64,000 nt of DNA from Rhodospirillales bacterium (GCA_026196105.1 JAPHRK010000002.1:140566-204565); one strand, 5' to 3'; shown: positions 45,462 through 54,852, numbered from the stretch's first letter. Numbers and translations are program-made. The notes: a model not told the origin generated them from the letters alone.

Positions 45462-46586
45462 ATGAAACCTGACTCTCCAGACATCAAAATTCGCAAGGCA
45501 ACAGACAAAACTTTAGCGGAACAACTGCTAATCAATGATCGAGAGCTCGCATATCGTAAAGCCCTTCTAGGCTTCACTGAAGAAGACGAAAAAATACTTA
45601 AATCGCTCAAAAGTACAATCACTGATGGCGTAGATTATATCGTTGAAAATTTTTATGATGCACAGCTACAGAACAACGAAATTTCTCTACTAATTGGCGA
45701 CGTAGACACTCTGCGTCGGTTAAGCCAAGCTATGCGGCGATACATACTTGAACTTTTTGAAGGGTTTTATGACGGGGAATATGTCAACAAACGCCTGCGT
45801 ATTGGCAAGGTACATAAGCGCATTGGTGTGTCGCCAAAACTTTACGTTTCAGCGGTCAATCAACTCCAAATCGCCATCGACGACTATATCCTAAAAGAAG
45901 ATAATGCTAATAAAGACTGTCATTCTTGCGGCGACAAACGCAAAGCAGTCCATAAACTTTTGATGTTTGACATGCAGTTGGTGTTTGATACTTACATTTC
46001 GTCCCTGGTTGCTGAAGTTCAGGTAGCCAAAGGAGAGCTTGAAGATTACGCCACTAGCCTGGAAACGACCATTGCTGAGCGCACCTCACAACTTAAAGAG
46101 CTTTCAACTCTAGACGGCCTTACTGGTCTTTTAAATCAACGGGGCTTTTATGAAAATCTCCGCCGTGAGTTATCCGTTGCGGAACGTAATGCACGCCCCT
46201 TAACAATTATATATTTCGACCTTAATGGGTTTAAAAAAATAAATGATACCAAAGGTCATAAGGAAGGTGATCGTGTTTTAGAGTGTGTTGGCACAGCAAT
46301 TAGAGCCACAATACGTGATATCGATTTTGGCTGTCGCTACGGCGGAGATGAATTTTGTGTCATCATGCCGAATGCGACGAAAGAAAACACCGCTGACGCT
46401 TGCGATCGATTGATCAGCGCTTACGAAACCCATGACACTTTAGGCGTGACATTCTCTATCGGTATTGCCCAGGTTGGCCCAGAAAAATTCTGTAGCTCTG
46501 ATGCCTTAGTCAAAAAAGCCGATACACTAATGTATAAAGCCAAGGCGAAGGCTAAAAAACGTCCCGGACACTACAAAGAACATTGA
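45462..46586 (+). CDS. Globin-coupled sensor diguanylate cyclase
   Basis: N-terminal sensor-globin-like region (…FYDGEYVNKRLRIGKVHKRIGVSPKLYVSA…), coiled linker, GGDEF domain (RYGGDEFCV). I prefer the ATG at 45462 over the TTG at 45438. Confidence 0.8.
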   Translation: MKPDSPDIKIRKATDKTLAEQLLINDRELAYRKALLGFTEEDEKILKSLKSTITDGVDYIVENFYDAQLQNNEISLLIGDVDTLRRLSQAMRRYILELFEGFYDGEYVNKRLRIGKVHKRIGVSPKLYVSAVNQLQIAIDDYILKEDNANKDCHSCGDKRKAVHKLLMFDMQLVFDTYISSLVAEVQVAKGELEDYATSLETTIAERTSQLKELSTLDGLTGLLNQRGFYENLRRELSVAERNARPLTIIYFDLNGFKKINDTKGHKEGDRVLECVGTAIRATIRDIDFGCRYGGDEFCVIMPNATKENTADACDRLISAYETHDTLGVTFSIGIAQVGPEKFCSSDALVKKADTLMYKAKAKAKKRPGHYKEH

Positions 46587-46589
46587 TAA

Positions 46590-47720
46590 TTAAAGATAAT
46601 ATTCCTGAAGAGGCGTCAGACCGTTAAAGCTCTGCGACGCATAGGTCGCCGTATAAGCTCCTGCCGCATGAATACGTACTTTGTCACCTGATTTCAGGGT
46701 CAAAGGCATTTGATAGTTGGCTTTTTCGTAGAGAATATCCACTCCGTCACAAGTCGGCCCAGCAATATTAACTGCGGCTGACTTGGCGCCATCCTTCAGT
46801 GTCGTGATTTTATATTTGATAGCTTCATCCATAGTTTCCGTTAACCCACCGAAGAAACCGATATCCAAATAAACCCAACGCTTATTATCTTGTGAAGGTC
46901 GGTTTGAAACCAACACTACTTCAGACTCAATAATACCAGCAGAAGCGGTTACTGAACGGCCAGGCTCCAAAATAATTTCAGGAATATGGTTGCCAAAGTG
47001 ATGGGTGATAGAGTCCATTATGGCTTTGCCATAATCTTGAGCTGAAGGAACTTCTTCGCGATAACGCGCAGCATATCCTCCACCGAGATTAAGCATCTTC
47101 AAATCTAGGCCAGCTTCTCTTAAGTCAGTAAAGATCATGGCGACTTTGCCAATTGCAATGTCCCATTGGTCAGCATTGGTTTGTTGTGAGCCAACATGGA
47201 AGGAAATTCCGTGGGCATCCATGCCGAGGTCGCGCGCCATCAACATAAGTTTCTTCGCGGATTCTACATCACAGCCAAATTTCTTCGACAAAGGCCAATC
47301 GGCCCCTTCGTTTGTGGTCGCGATTCGACAAAACACTGAAGCTCCTGGAGCCGCTTCTGCTAGCTTTTGAAGTTCTTCTTCACAATCAAAGGCAAAGAGG
47401 CGCACCCCTTTTTTAAAAGCAGCCGCAATGTCAGACTGTTTTTTGATGGTATTGCCATAAGATAAATCAGCAGGTTTCGCGCCTGCGGCTAAACAGAACT
47501 CGATCTCTGCATAACTTGCAGCATCAAAGGCTGAGCCTTCTTCAACAAGAACATCAAGGACTTGAGCTGCAGGGTTCGCTTTTACGGCATAAAAAATCCG
47601 GGCAAGGGGAAAGGCCTCTGAGAGATTCTTATAGTTCTCTCTGACCACATTAAGATCAACAACAAGACAGGGGGTCGCTGGGACTTGCTCTGCCAAAAAA
47701 TTCTCAATTTTTAGCGTCAC
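46590..47720 (-). CDS. PLP-dependent ornithine/lysine decarboxylase (Orn/Lys/Arg decarboxylase class-II fold)
   Basis: …TPCLVVDL…FYAVKANP…, …HVGSQ…, …LNLGGGY… I prefer the GTG at 47720 (GAGGAG 9 nt upstream). The track ORF extends to 47831, adding 37 non-conserved-looking aa. Confidence 0.85.
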   Translation of the reverse strand: MTLKIENFLAEQVPATPCLVVDLNVVRENYKNLSEAFPLARIFYAVKANPAAQVLDVLVEEGSAFDAASYAEIEFCLAAGAKPADLSYGNTIKKQSDIAAAFKKGVRLFAFDCEEELQKLAEAAPGASVFCRIATTNEGADWPLSKKFGCDVESAKKLMLMARDLGMDAHGISFHVGSQQTNADQWDIAIGKVAMIFTDLREAGLDLKMLNLGGGYAARYREEVPSAQDYGKAIMDSITHHFGNHIPEIILEPGRSVTASAGIIESEVVLVSNRPSQDNKRWVYLDIGFFGGLTETMDEAIKYKITTLKDGAKSAAVNIAGPTCDGVDILYEKANYQMPLTLKSGDKVRIHAAGAYTATYASQSFNGLTPLQEYYL

Positions 47721-47859
47721 CGCACAAAACTCCTCAAAAACCGGGAACTCATGGTTCACTCGATTGATAAAAGGAGCCTCTGGGAATACCCTCGGGCTAC
47801 CGGAAGAGCCGCTATATAAGGGCTTCTGCACCGATTTGAAAGAAGAAAATTAGCCTAGG

Positions 47860-48837
47860 CTAAATTAATCCTGCTAAGGGTGAACTTGGGTCAGCATATT
47901 GCTTCTTCGGCATTCGGCCTGCTTGATAGGCCAAACGTCCTGATTCAATGGCTAGCTTCATAGCTTTAGCCATCTTGATCGGGTCTTTTGCCCCGGCAAT
48001 CGCCGTATTCATCAACACCCCATCACAACCAAGCTCCATAGCAAAGGCTGCATCAGAAGCTGTACCGACACCTGCATCCACAAGTACAGGAACAGAGGCA
48101 TTTTCCTTGATCAAGCGGATATTTACCGGATTGATAATTCCTAACCCTGAGCCAATTAGAGAGCCAAGCGGCATAATGGCGACACAGCCCATATCTTCCA
48201 GAGTTTTAGCCATGATTGGATCATCAGAACAATAGACCATCACCTTGAAACCTTCTTTGATCAACAGTTCTGCAGCCACTAGGGTTTCGGTCATATTTGG
48301 ATAAAGTGTCTTTTGATCACCAAGGACTTCAAGCTTCACCAAGTCCCAGCCGCCAGCTTCCCGGGCCAACCGCAAGGTTCGCACCGCCGAATCTGCATCG
48401 AAGCAACCTGCGGTGTTGGGCAGGTAGGTATATTTTTTAGGATCAACGTAATCAACCAGCATGGGCTGAGTTGGGTCACTGACGTTAACGCGACGCACAG
48501 CTACAGTCACAATCTCAGCACCTGAAGCTTCGATAGCAATTTTGGTTTCTTCAAAATCTTTGTATTTGCCAGTTCCGACCAAAAGCCTGGAATTAAACTT
48601 CATCCCAGCGACTTCAAAACTGTCATCACCTTCAGGAGACCCACCACCAATAAAGTGCACGATCTCCAACTTATCACCATCATCGACCTGAACTTCACTG
48701 TAGGTAGATTTTGGGACGATCTCCAAATTCCGCTCAACAGCTACTTTACCTGGGTCTACACCCAAATCGGTCAGCAGATTTTCTAATGTCATAGCAGAAG
48801 TCAAAGGGCGGGATTCGCCATTGATGGTCACTTGCAT
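47860..48837 (-). CDS. thiG: ThiS-ThiG fusion (sulfur carrier + thiazole synthase)
   Basis: The N-terminal 66 aa MQVTINGE…[10 protein letters not shown] form a ThiS with a C-terminal GG. A short linker is followed by ThiG (…LLVGTGKY…, …LPNTAGC…, …[11 protein letters not shown]…). Confidence 0.9.
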   Translation of the reverse strand: MQVTINGESRPLTSAMTLENLLTDLGVDPGKVAVERNLEIVPKSTYSEVQVDDGDKLEIVHFIGGGSPEGDDSFEVAGMKFNSRLLVGTGKYKDFEETKIAIEASGAEIVTVAVRRVNVSDPTQPMLVDYVDPKKYTYLPNTAGCFDADSAVRTLRLAREAGGWDLVKLEVLGDQKTLYPNMTETLVAAELLIKEGFKVMVYCSDDPIMAKTLEDMGCVAIMPLGSLIGSGLGIINPVNIRLIKENASVPVLVDAGVGTASDAAFAMELGCDGVLMNTAIAGAKDPIKMAKAMKLAIESGRLAYQAGRMPKKQYADPSSPLAGLI

Positions 48838-49044
48838 CGGGTTCAATCTCTTTAAAAAGGTGAGAATCAATCGAGGCGCAGTATGAAACCCTCGCCCCTT
48901 CCTTTCAAGCCCACTTATTCATTCCTTCATTTTAATGCAGAGCTTCGTTGCGTCGCGGAATCAGCGTGTTATATATCTATGATAGAATGACATGACATTA
49001 GATGAAGGAGAAGGCATCTGTCTGGTCCAAAGAAAATTCTAATT

Positions 49045-49467
49045 ATGAACGGCCCCAACCTAAATCTCCTGGGGAGCCGCGAACCGGAAGTATATGGCTA
49101 CGATACCTTAGATGATATTAAGGGACGATGTGAGGCCTTGGGTTCTGAATTAGGGTTTCAGGTTGATTTTCGCCAATCGAACAGTGAAGGCGAGATGGTC
49201 AACTGGATTCAAGAAGCTCGAACAGATCATGCAGGCATTATTATTAATCCCGCAGCCTACTCTCATACTTCGATCGCTATTCTCGATAGTCTGCTAGCCA
49301 GTGAAATACCGATTATTGAAGTGCACTTATCAAATATTCACCAGCGGGAAAGTTACCGCCAACATTCGTACGTTTCAAAAGCAGCTAAAGGGGTCATTTG
49401 TGGTCTTGGTGCTCAAGGTTATGACCTCGCGATGAGGGCTATGGCCCAGCTTTTGGAAAAGAAGTAG
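49045..49467 (+). CDS. aroQ: 3-dehydroquinate dehydratase type II
   Basis: …[17 protein letters not shown]…, …[11 protein letters not shown]…, …[10 protein letters not shown]… The true start may be the CTG at 49018 (see findings). Confidence 0.9.
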   Translation: MNGPNLNLLGSREPEVYGYDTLDDIKGRCEALGSELGFQVDFRQSNSEGEMVNWIQEARTDHAGIIINPAAYSHTSIAILDSLLASEIPIIEVHLSNIHQRESYRQHSYVSKAAKGVICGLGAQGYDLAMRAMAQLLEKK

Positions 49468-49494
49468 ATAACTTATAGAGGAATAAAAAGTCTG

Positions 49495-49935
49495 ATGAGT
49501 AAGTCTGATATAGACAACGATATGGTCCGCCAACTTGCGGAACTTCTGGATGAAACCGGCCTCACCGAAATTGAATTCGGCAAAGGGGATTGGCATATTC
49601 GTATCGCTAAATCCGGAACAGTGGTCCAGGCTCAAGCGCCTGTTGCGGCGCCCCCTGCTGCTCCAGTCGCAGTGGTAGCACCTGAAGTTGCAGCAGTTAA
49701 CCCTGGAACGATTAAATCCCCGATGGTTGGTGTCGCCTATTTGACCCCCGAACCTGACACGCCTAACTTTGTTGCTGTTGGTGATTCAGTCACCGAAGGA
49801 CAAACGATCATGCTGATTGAAGCCATGAAGGTTTTTAACCCAATTCATGCACCAAAAGCGGGAAAAGTCATTCAAATCATCGCCGAGAATGGTTCGCCTG
49901 TTGAGTTTGGCGAACCTTTAATGATCATCGAATAA
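49495..49935 (+). CDS. accB: Acetyl-CoA carboxylase biotin carboxyl carrier protein
   Basis: 146 aa, Pro/Ala linker, biotinylation motif …IEAMKVFN…. Lies upstream of accC. Confidence 0.95.
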   Translation: MSKSDIDNDMVRQLAELLDETGLTEIEFGKGDWHIRIAKSGTVVQAQAPVAAPPAAPVAVVAPEVAAVNPGTIKSPMVGVAYLTPEPDTPNFVAVGDSVTEGQTIMLIEAMKVFNPIHAPKAGKVIQIIAENGSPVEFGEPLMIIE

Positions 49936-49953
49936 TCGGGTCGGGTCACAAAT

Positions 49954-51291
49954 ATGTTTGATAAGGTTCTTATCGCCAATCGCGGAGAAATTGCGCTTCG
50001 CATTCAGCGTGCCTGCCGCGAGATGGGTATCAGCACTGTCGCAGTTCACTCTACAGCCGATGAAAATGCTATGCATGTTCGTCTCGCTGATGAAGCGGTC
50101 TGCATTGGCCCGCCTGCCGCGACAGAAAGCTATTTGAATAAACATGCCATTCTTTCTGCAGCAACCATTACCGGAGCGGATGCTATTCACCCTGGCTATG
50201 GATTTCTGTCTGAAAATGCAGAGTTTGCTGCCATGGTGGAAGAACACGGCTTTACCTTCATTGGTCCCTCCCCTCAGCATATTCGGGAGATGGGAGATAA
50301 AATCACAGCAAAACAAGTTGTGATGGAAGCAGGTATCCCCGTTGTTCCTGGATCAAGTGGTGCGGTAAGAACGGCTGAAGAGGCCGGAAAAATCGCTGCC
50401 GAAATCGGATATCCAGTTATCATTAAAGCAACCGCTGGCGGCGGTGGTCGAGGTATGCGGGTAGCAAACAGTCCAGACGAATTAGCAACTGAGCTCCAAA
50501 ATGCCTCACGGGAAGCAAAGTCTGTGTTCGGCAACCCTGATTGTTACCTGGAGAAATATTTAGGCCATCCGCGTCATATTGAAATTCAGGTTCTTGCTGA
50601 TAACCACGGCAATGCAGTCCATCTTGGTGAGCGTGATTGCTCTTTGCAGCGTCGCCACCAAAAAGTTTTAGAAGAATCACCCTCACCTGCTCTTAACGCT
50701 GAACAGCGGGAAGAAATTGGGCAGGTTGTGGCTACTGCTATCAAAAAAATTGGCTATCGCAGTGCTGGAACAATTGAGTTTCTCTTTGAGGATGGCAAAT
50801 TCTACTTCATTGAGATGAATACCCGCCTGCAAGTGGAGCACCCTATTACCGAAATGGTCTGCGGAATCGATATTGTCCGTGAAATGATCAGAGTATCTTC
50901 TGGCGCTCCTCTGGATTTTGCTCAAGAAGACATAAAATTCCAAGGTCATTCCATTGAATGTCGGATCAATGCTGAGAATCCAGAAACATTTGTTCCCTGC
51001 CCGGGGAAAATTGGTGAATACCATGCTCCTGGTGGGCTTGGCATTCGGGTGGATTCTGCTCTTTACTCCGGTTACACGGTCCCTCCCCATTATGACAGCA
51101 TGATATCAAAATTGATTGTCCATGCTGCAACTCGTAATGAATGCCTCATGCGCTTGCGCCGAGCCCTTTCGGAATATGTTATCGAAGGTTTGGACACGAC
51201 AATTCCTCTCCACCAAAAGCTAATGGCTGAACCTGTTTTCCAAAACGGGGATTATGACATTCATTGGCTGGAAAAATTTGTCGGCAAGTAA
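49954..51291 (+). CDS. accC: Acetyl-CoA carboxylase biotin carboxylase
   Basis: 445 aa. MFDKVLIANRGEIALRI…, ATP-grasp GGGGRGMR, …EMNTRLQVEHP…. Confidence 0.97.
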   Translation: MFDKVLIANRGEIALRIQRACREMGISTVAVHSTADENAMHVRLADEAVCIGPPAATESYLNKHAILSAATITGADAIHPGYGFLSENAEFAAMVEEHGFTFIGPSPQHIREMGDKITAKQVVMEAGIPVVPGSSGAVRTAEEAGKIAAEIGYPVIIKATAGGGGRGMRVANSPDELATELQNASREAKSVFGNPDCYLEKYLGHPRHIEIQVLADNHGNAVHLGERDCSLQRRHQKVLEESPSPALNAEQREEIGQVVATAIKKIGYRSAGTIEFLFEDGKFYFIEMNTRLQVEHPITEMVCGIDIVREMIRVSSGAPLDFAQEDIKFQGHSIECRINAENPETFVPCPGKIGEYHAPGGLGIRVDSALYSGYTVPPHYDSMISKLIVHAATRNECLMRLRRALSEYVIEGLDTTIPLHQKLMAEPVFQNGDYDIHWLEKFVGK

Positions 51292-51957
51292 ATGCCAAAT
51301 ATGACACCCGAACTTCTGCTGCACGCTTATGCTTCAGGAGTTTTTCCTATGGCAGAAAGCCGGGATGACGACAGTCTTTATTGGGTAGACCCTGATGAAC
51401 GGGGCATCATACCTTTGGATGGTTTGCGAATATCACGTAGCTTAAGAAAAACGATCCGCAAAGGTGTCTTTGAAGTCCGATGTGACACCGCTTTTGAAGA
51501 AGTTGTCCGCGGATGCGCCGAAGCGACGGAAGACCGAAAAGATACCTGGATCAACAGTGAAATCTTTGAGCTCTATTCCAAACTTTTCCAGATGGGATTT
51601 GCCCACTCTATCGAATGTTGGGTTTATGATGAATTGGTTGGTGGACTCTACGGTGTTTCACTCCAAGGAGCTTTTTTTGGCGAAAGCATGTTTTCCCGCA
51701 TGACTGACGCAAGCAAAGTTGCTCTCATTCACTTAGTTTCTCGTTTAAAGATCAGCGGTTTTTCCTTACTGGATACACAGTTCGTGACGGACCATTTAGT
51801 GAGCTTAGGGGCACAAGAGATTTCGCGGGATGAATATCTTAAACAGCTATCTAAAGCCTTGAACCAGAATGTTACGTTTTATTCTGGGAGCGATTCTTCA
51901 GTTTTATCAGCATCGCTTGAAACTGTGATTGCACAATCTAAGACCCAAACATCATAA
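51292..51957 (+). CDS. aat: Leucyl/phenylalanyl-tRNA--protein transferase
   Basis: …LLHAYASGVFPM…WVDPDERGIIPL…, …GGLYGVSLQGAFFGESMFS… The ATG directly follows the accC stop. Confidence 0.9.
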   Translation: MPNMTPELLLHAYASGVFPMAESRDDDSLYWVDPDERGIIPLDGLRISRSLRKTIRKGVFEVRCDTAFEEVVRGCAEATEDRKDTWINSEIFELYSKLFQMGFAHSIECWVYDELVGGLYGVSLQGAFFGESMFSRMTDASKVALIHLVSRLKISGFSLLDTQFVTDHLVSLGAQEISRDEYLKQLSKALNQNVTFYSGSDSSVLSASLETVIAQSKTQTS

Positions 51958-52331
51958 ACGGGGTGTTCCATAGCCGATAAAGCTGGACTGGATGCAAACA
52001 TCCATCCGCGGAAAATATCTTTTGCTGGTTCACCTGGTCGAACTTCCCAAACATCTAAAAAGGCAGCACTTTCCGGAGTTTCTTCCGGAGGGCGCTTTTG
52101 GCAATGACGGGCAATAATTTCTAAGGTTCCAAATCGAGCCACATCCCCAATAGGAGCCTCAAGCTTGGATACTCGACCTGTTACTTTGTCCAACCCTTGG
52201 AGAATAGCCATATTGTAAGGATTGCCATAAGCTGTAGATAGGGAACTACTCCCAAACAAAAGTGAGAGTAAAACGAGGTTTAGTAGAGGACTAAAAGCTG
52301 ACACTTTATTTGTCGCCATCCTCATCACCAC
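51879..52331 (-). CDS. DUF2155-type secreted protein
   Basis: 150 aa. Signal peptide, …LQGLDKVTGR…FGTLEI…C.KRPPEE…AFL… as I recall for alphaproteobacterial DUF2155. The 3' end overlaps the aat 3' end by 79 nt. Confidence 0.65.
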   Translation of the reverse strand: MVMRMATNKVSAFSPLLNLVLLSLLFGSSSLSTAYGNPYNMAILQGLDKVTGRVSKLEAPIGDVARFGTLEIIARHCQKRPPEETPESAAFLDVWEVRPGEPAKDIFRGWMFASSPALSAMEHPVYDVWVLDCAITVSSDADKTEESLPE

Positions 52332-52770
52332 CAGTGGCTAAGAAGATAATATCACCGACTTGGTCTTCTAAAGAACGATAATCTTTGGTTTTGGCAATAA
52401 CGCCATCAGCGGAAAGAAACTCTTTAGATTTTCCGGGCATCAACCGAATGTATTTACCCCCAAGCATCCCATCACTTGCAATTGTCGCAACCGTATCCTT
52501 GGGCAATTTGATATCTGGACGCATGGAGAGAGTAACAACCGCATCAAAAGTTGAGCTGTCCAAAATTTGTTCAACAACTGTCCCAACCTTAATACCACTA
52601 ATCCGCACATCAGCCCCTTTAGTCAGGCCACCGACTTTAAAGAAAGACGTTTTAAGTTGGTACCCTTCAACGGCTTTAACCTGAGCCATTTCATAAGCAA
52701 AGGTAACAAAACCAACGGCGACGATTAGAACTACGGCACCCATGACCGTTTCAACCATTGACCTGCCCAT
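52306..52770 (-). CDS. MlaD-like MCE-domain protein (paralogue A)
   Basis: 154 aa. N-terminal TM helix plus MCE domain (…GADVRISGIKVGTV…ASDGMLGGKYIRLMPG…). Confidence 0.75.
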   Translation of the reverse strand: MGRSMVETVMGAVVLIVAVGFVTFAYEMAQVKAVEGYQLKTSFFKVGGLTKGADVRISGIKVGTVVEQILDSSTFDAVVTLSMRPDIKLPKDTVATIASDGMLGGKYIRLMPGKSKEFLSADGVIAKTKDYRSLEDQVGDIIFLATGGDEDGDK

Positions 52771-52785
52771 GATTTCGCTCTCCCT

Positions 52786-53265
52786 TTACTGCGCGTTTTT
52801 ATCGTTGGTGGCGAGTCTCGCCTTGCCCTGGTTGATAATCAACTCAAGCAAATCCTCTACAACAACCGATTCTTGGGTAAATTCTATTGAATCTCCAGGT
52901 TGGAGAGTATCTTCTTCCCCACCGGGCTCCAAAACTATGTATTTTGACCCGAAAATTCCATCGGTATGGATAGCCACTGATGTATCAATGGGGAGTTTAA
53001 CCCCATGGTCAATTTCCATAGTGAGGGCCGCTCTGAAAAACTCATCGAGTTTATAGCTGGCAACTGAGCCAATCTTGATTCCTGCTAATCGAACATCAGC
53101 GCCTTCACTCAAGCCGTCAATCTTGTTAAATGCAGCAATGATTGGATAACCATCACTTGCCCCTTCGACTTTCTTACCGCCGTAAGAAAAAGCCATAGCG
53201 ATAACCACTCCAAAAACAACCAGAGCACCGATAACTGTTTCCATTGTATCGTTGGGTCTGACCAT
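52786..53265 (-). CDS. MlaD-like MCE-domain protein (paralogue B)
   Basis: 159 aa with the same layout (…GADVRLAGIKIGSV…HTDGIFGSKYIVLEPG…). Confidence 0.75.
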   Translation of the reverse strand: MVRPNDTMETVIGALVVFGVVIAMAFSYGGKKVEGASDGYPIIAAFNKIDGLSEGADVRLAGIKIGSVASYKLDEFFRAALTMEIDHGVKLPIDTSVAIHTDGIFGSKYIVLEPGGEEDTLQPGDSIEFTQESVVVEDLLELIINQGKARLATNDKNAQ

Positions 53266-53316
53266 TACGATTGGAGCTCCTTGTCCCTAGAGGTTATTTT
53301 CCTCGAGAAGATGAAC

Positions 53317-53679
53317 TTAGTTGGGATCCCAAGCTTGGTAATCACCTGTGGAATGAGCTCTGTTACCCCCTTGGCTATCATGACCAACAGGCTTGTACGC
53401 GCCTTTTGTGCCAGTCAAGTTCGGCAGATGCCGCTTTTGCCAAGATTTAGCTTGGGCAGCTTGTTCAGTCAGAGGCTCATCAACTGTGTGATGGATCCAG
53501 GCATGCCACTCAGGTGGTACCTTTGAAGCTTCAACGATTCCGTTATACATCACCCAACGACGCTGACGCCCGTGGCGATCATGTTTTTTCTTAAGGCTGC
53601 AATAGTATTTATTGCCGAACTCGTCTGTTCCAACGAGTTTGCCATGAAACATTGTGAATAATTTGGTTCCAATGGACAT
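53317..53679 (-). CDS. NDUFA12 (B17.2)-like NADH:ubiquinone oxidoreductase subunit family protein
   Basis: 120 aa. …GKLVGTDEFGNKYY…RRWVMYNG..EASKVPPEWHAWIHHT…. Confidence 0.85.
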   Translation of the reverse strand: MSIGTKLFTMFHGKLVGTDEFGNKYYCSLKKKHDRHGRQRRWVMYNGIVEASKVPPEWHAWIHHTVDEPLTEQAAQAKSWQKRHLPNLTGTKGAYKPVGHDSQGGNRAHSTGDYQAWDPN

Positions 53680-53820
53680 GATTACTTCGACTCCACGCCG
53701 TTAAAAATCGTAGATATATTTGCGGCGCATTTATTGCACTTACGCCTTCTTTCGTCTAGCCAATTTCGCTCTTGAACATCAATTCTCTTATAGTTTCAAG
53801 ATTAATTACGAAGATTTTCC

Positions 53821-54852
53821 CTAATCCGTATACTTAGATTTGATCTCCAGAACGCTCTCCATACAGTTTTGGAAGGTCTCTACACACTTAGGATCAAACT
53901 GATGTCCCGTTTCTTTTACAATCAAACCTAAGGCATCATCAACGGTCCATGCTTTTTTATAGGGGCGTTCAGAAGTAAGAGCATCAAAAACATCTGCCAC
54001 AGCGACAATTCGTCCGACTAATGGAATCTCTTCCTTCGCTAATCCCCGTGGATAACCACTGCCATCAAATTTTTCATGGTGAGTTAAAGCAATGTCGGCG
54101 GCAAGTTGCAGAAGTTTGGAAGGACTGTCCTGGAGAATCGCATAACCAATTGTGGTGTGTGCCTTCATCGTTTCGAATTCTTCAGGTGTTAAGCGAGCGG
54201 GTTTGAGTAAAATTTCGTCGGTGATCCCAACTTTCCCAATATCGTGCATGGGGGCTGCTCTAAAGATATTGTCAACATCTTCATCAGAAAACCCAAGCTT
54301 TTCAGCAATCAAGCGAGAATACATAGACATACGGGTAATATGCTGTCCCGTTTCAGGGTCGCGATACTCCGTTGCTTTTGAGAGGCGGAAGATGACTTCA
54401 TTTTCCCTCTCTACAATATCCTTTGTCGCCTTAGCTACTTCCTCAGCAAGAAGAGCCGTTTTGTTTTTAAGCCTTTTCGAGTTGCGCCTAAGCGCCATCA
54501 AATTAGTGATTCGCGCAACAAACTCTGTGGTATCAACGGGTTTCGTCAGAAAATCAGTCGCACCACGAGTCAAAGCATTGTAGCGGACTTCTTTGAGGTC
54601 TGCTGTTGTCACCATAACAATAGGTAGGTCGCCCATCTTTTCTGAGGACCGAATCCGAGAAATAAACTCCAGCCCATCTAACTCGGGCATCATATAGTCA
54701 ACAATGATCATGTCCGGTTCATTACCGAGGCACCAATCAAGGCCTTCTACAGGGTTTGTAAAGGTAATTGGGTTGCCGTCTTCTAAGCGGTCAACCAGAT
54801 GACGAAGGAGGAGAACGTTAGTTTTGTTGTCATCGATAATCACTACATCCAT
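53821..54852 (-). CDS. Response regulator: REC + HD-GYP domain (second copy in window)
   Basis: 343 aa. REC (MDVVIIDDN…IIVDYMMPELDG…TKP), HD-GYP (…HITRMS…HDIGKV…HHEKFDGSGYPRGL…). Confidence 0.85.
   Translation of the reverse strand: MDVVIIDDNKTNVLLLRHLVDRLEDGNPITFTNPVEGLDWCLGNEPDMIIVDYMMPELDGLEFISRIRSSEKMGDLPIVMVTTADLKEVRYNALTRGATDFLTKPVDTTEFVARITNLMALRRNSKRLKNKTALLAEEVAKATKDIVERENEVIFRLSKATEYRDPETGQHITRMSMYSRLIAEKLGFSDEDVDNIFRAAPMHDIGKVGITDEILLKPARLTPEEFETMKAHTTIGYAILQDSPSKLLQLAADIALTHHEKFDGSGYPRGLAKEEIPLVGRIVAVADVFDALTSERPYKKAWTVDDALGLIVKETGHQFDPKCVETFQNCMESVLEIKSKYTD

Noticed and set aside
48838-49017. Looked for a TPP (thi-box) riboswitch or a thiS-type small riboswitch upstream of thiS-thiG
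   Set aside because: The minus-strand leader contains GCTGAT…CCGCG and a GGGGCG…CGCCTC hairpin. It lacks the CTGAGA and ACCTGATCTGG…CCAGCG cores. I cannot evaluate the small HMP-PP (thiS motif) class by eye. A covariance-model search is needed.
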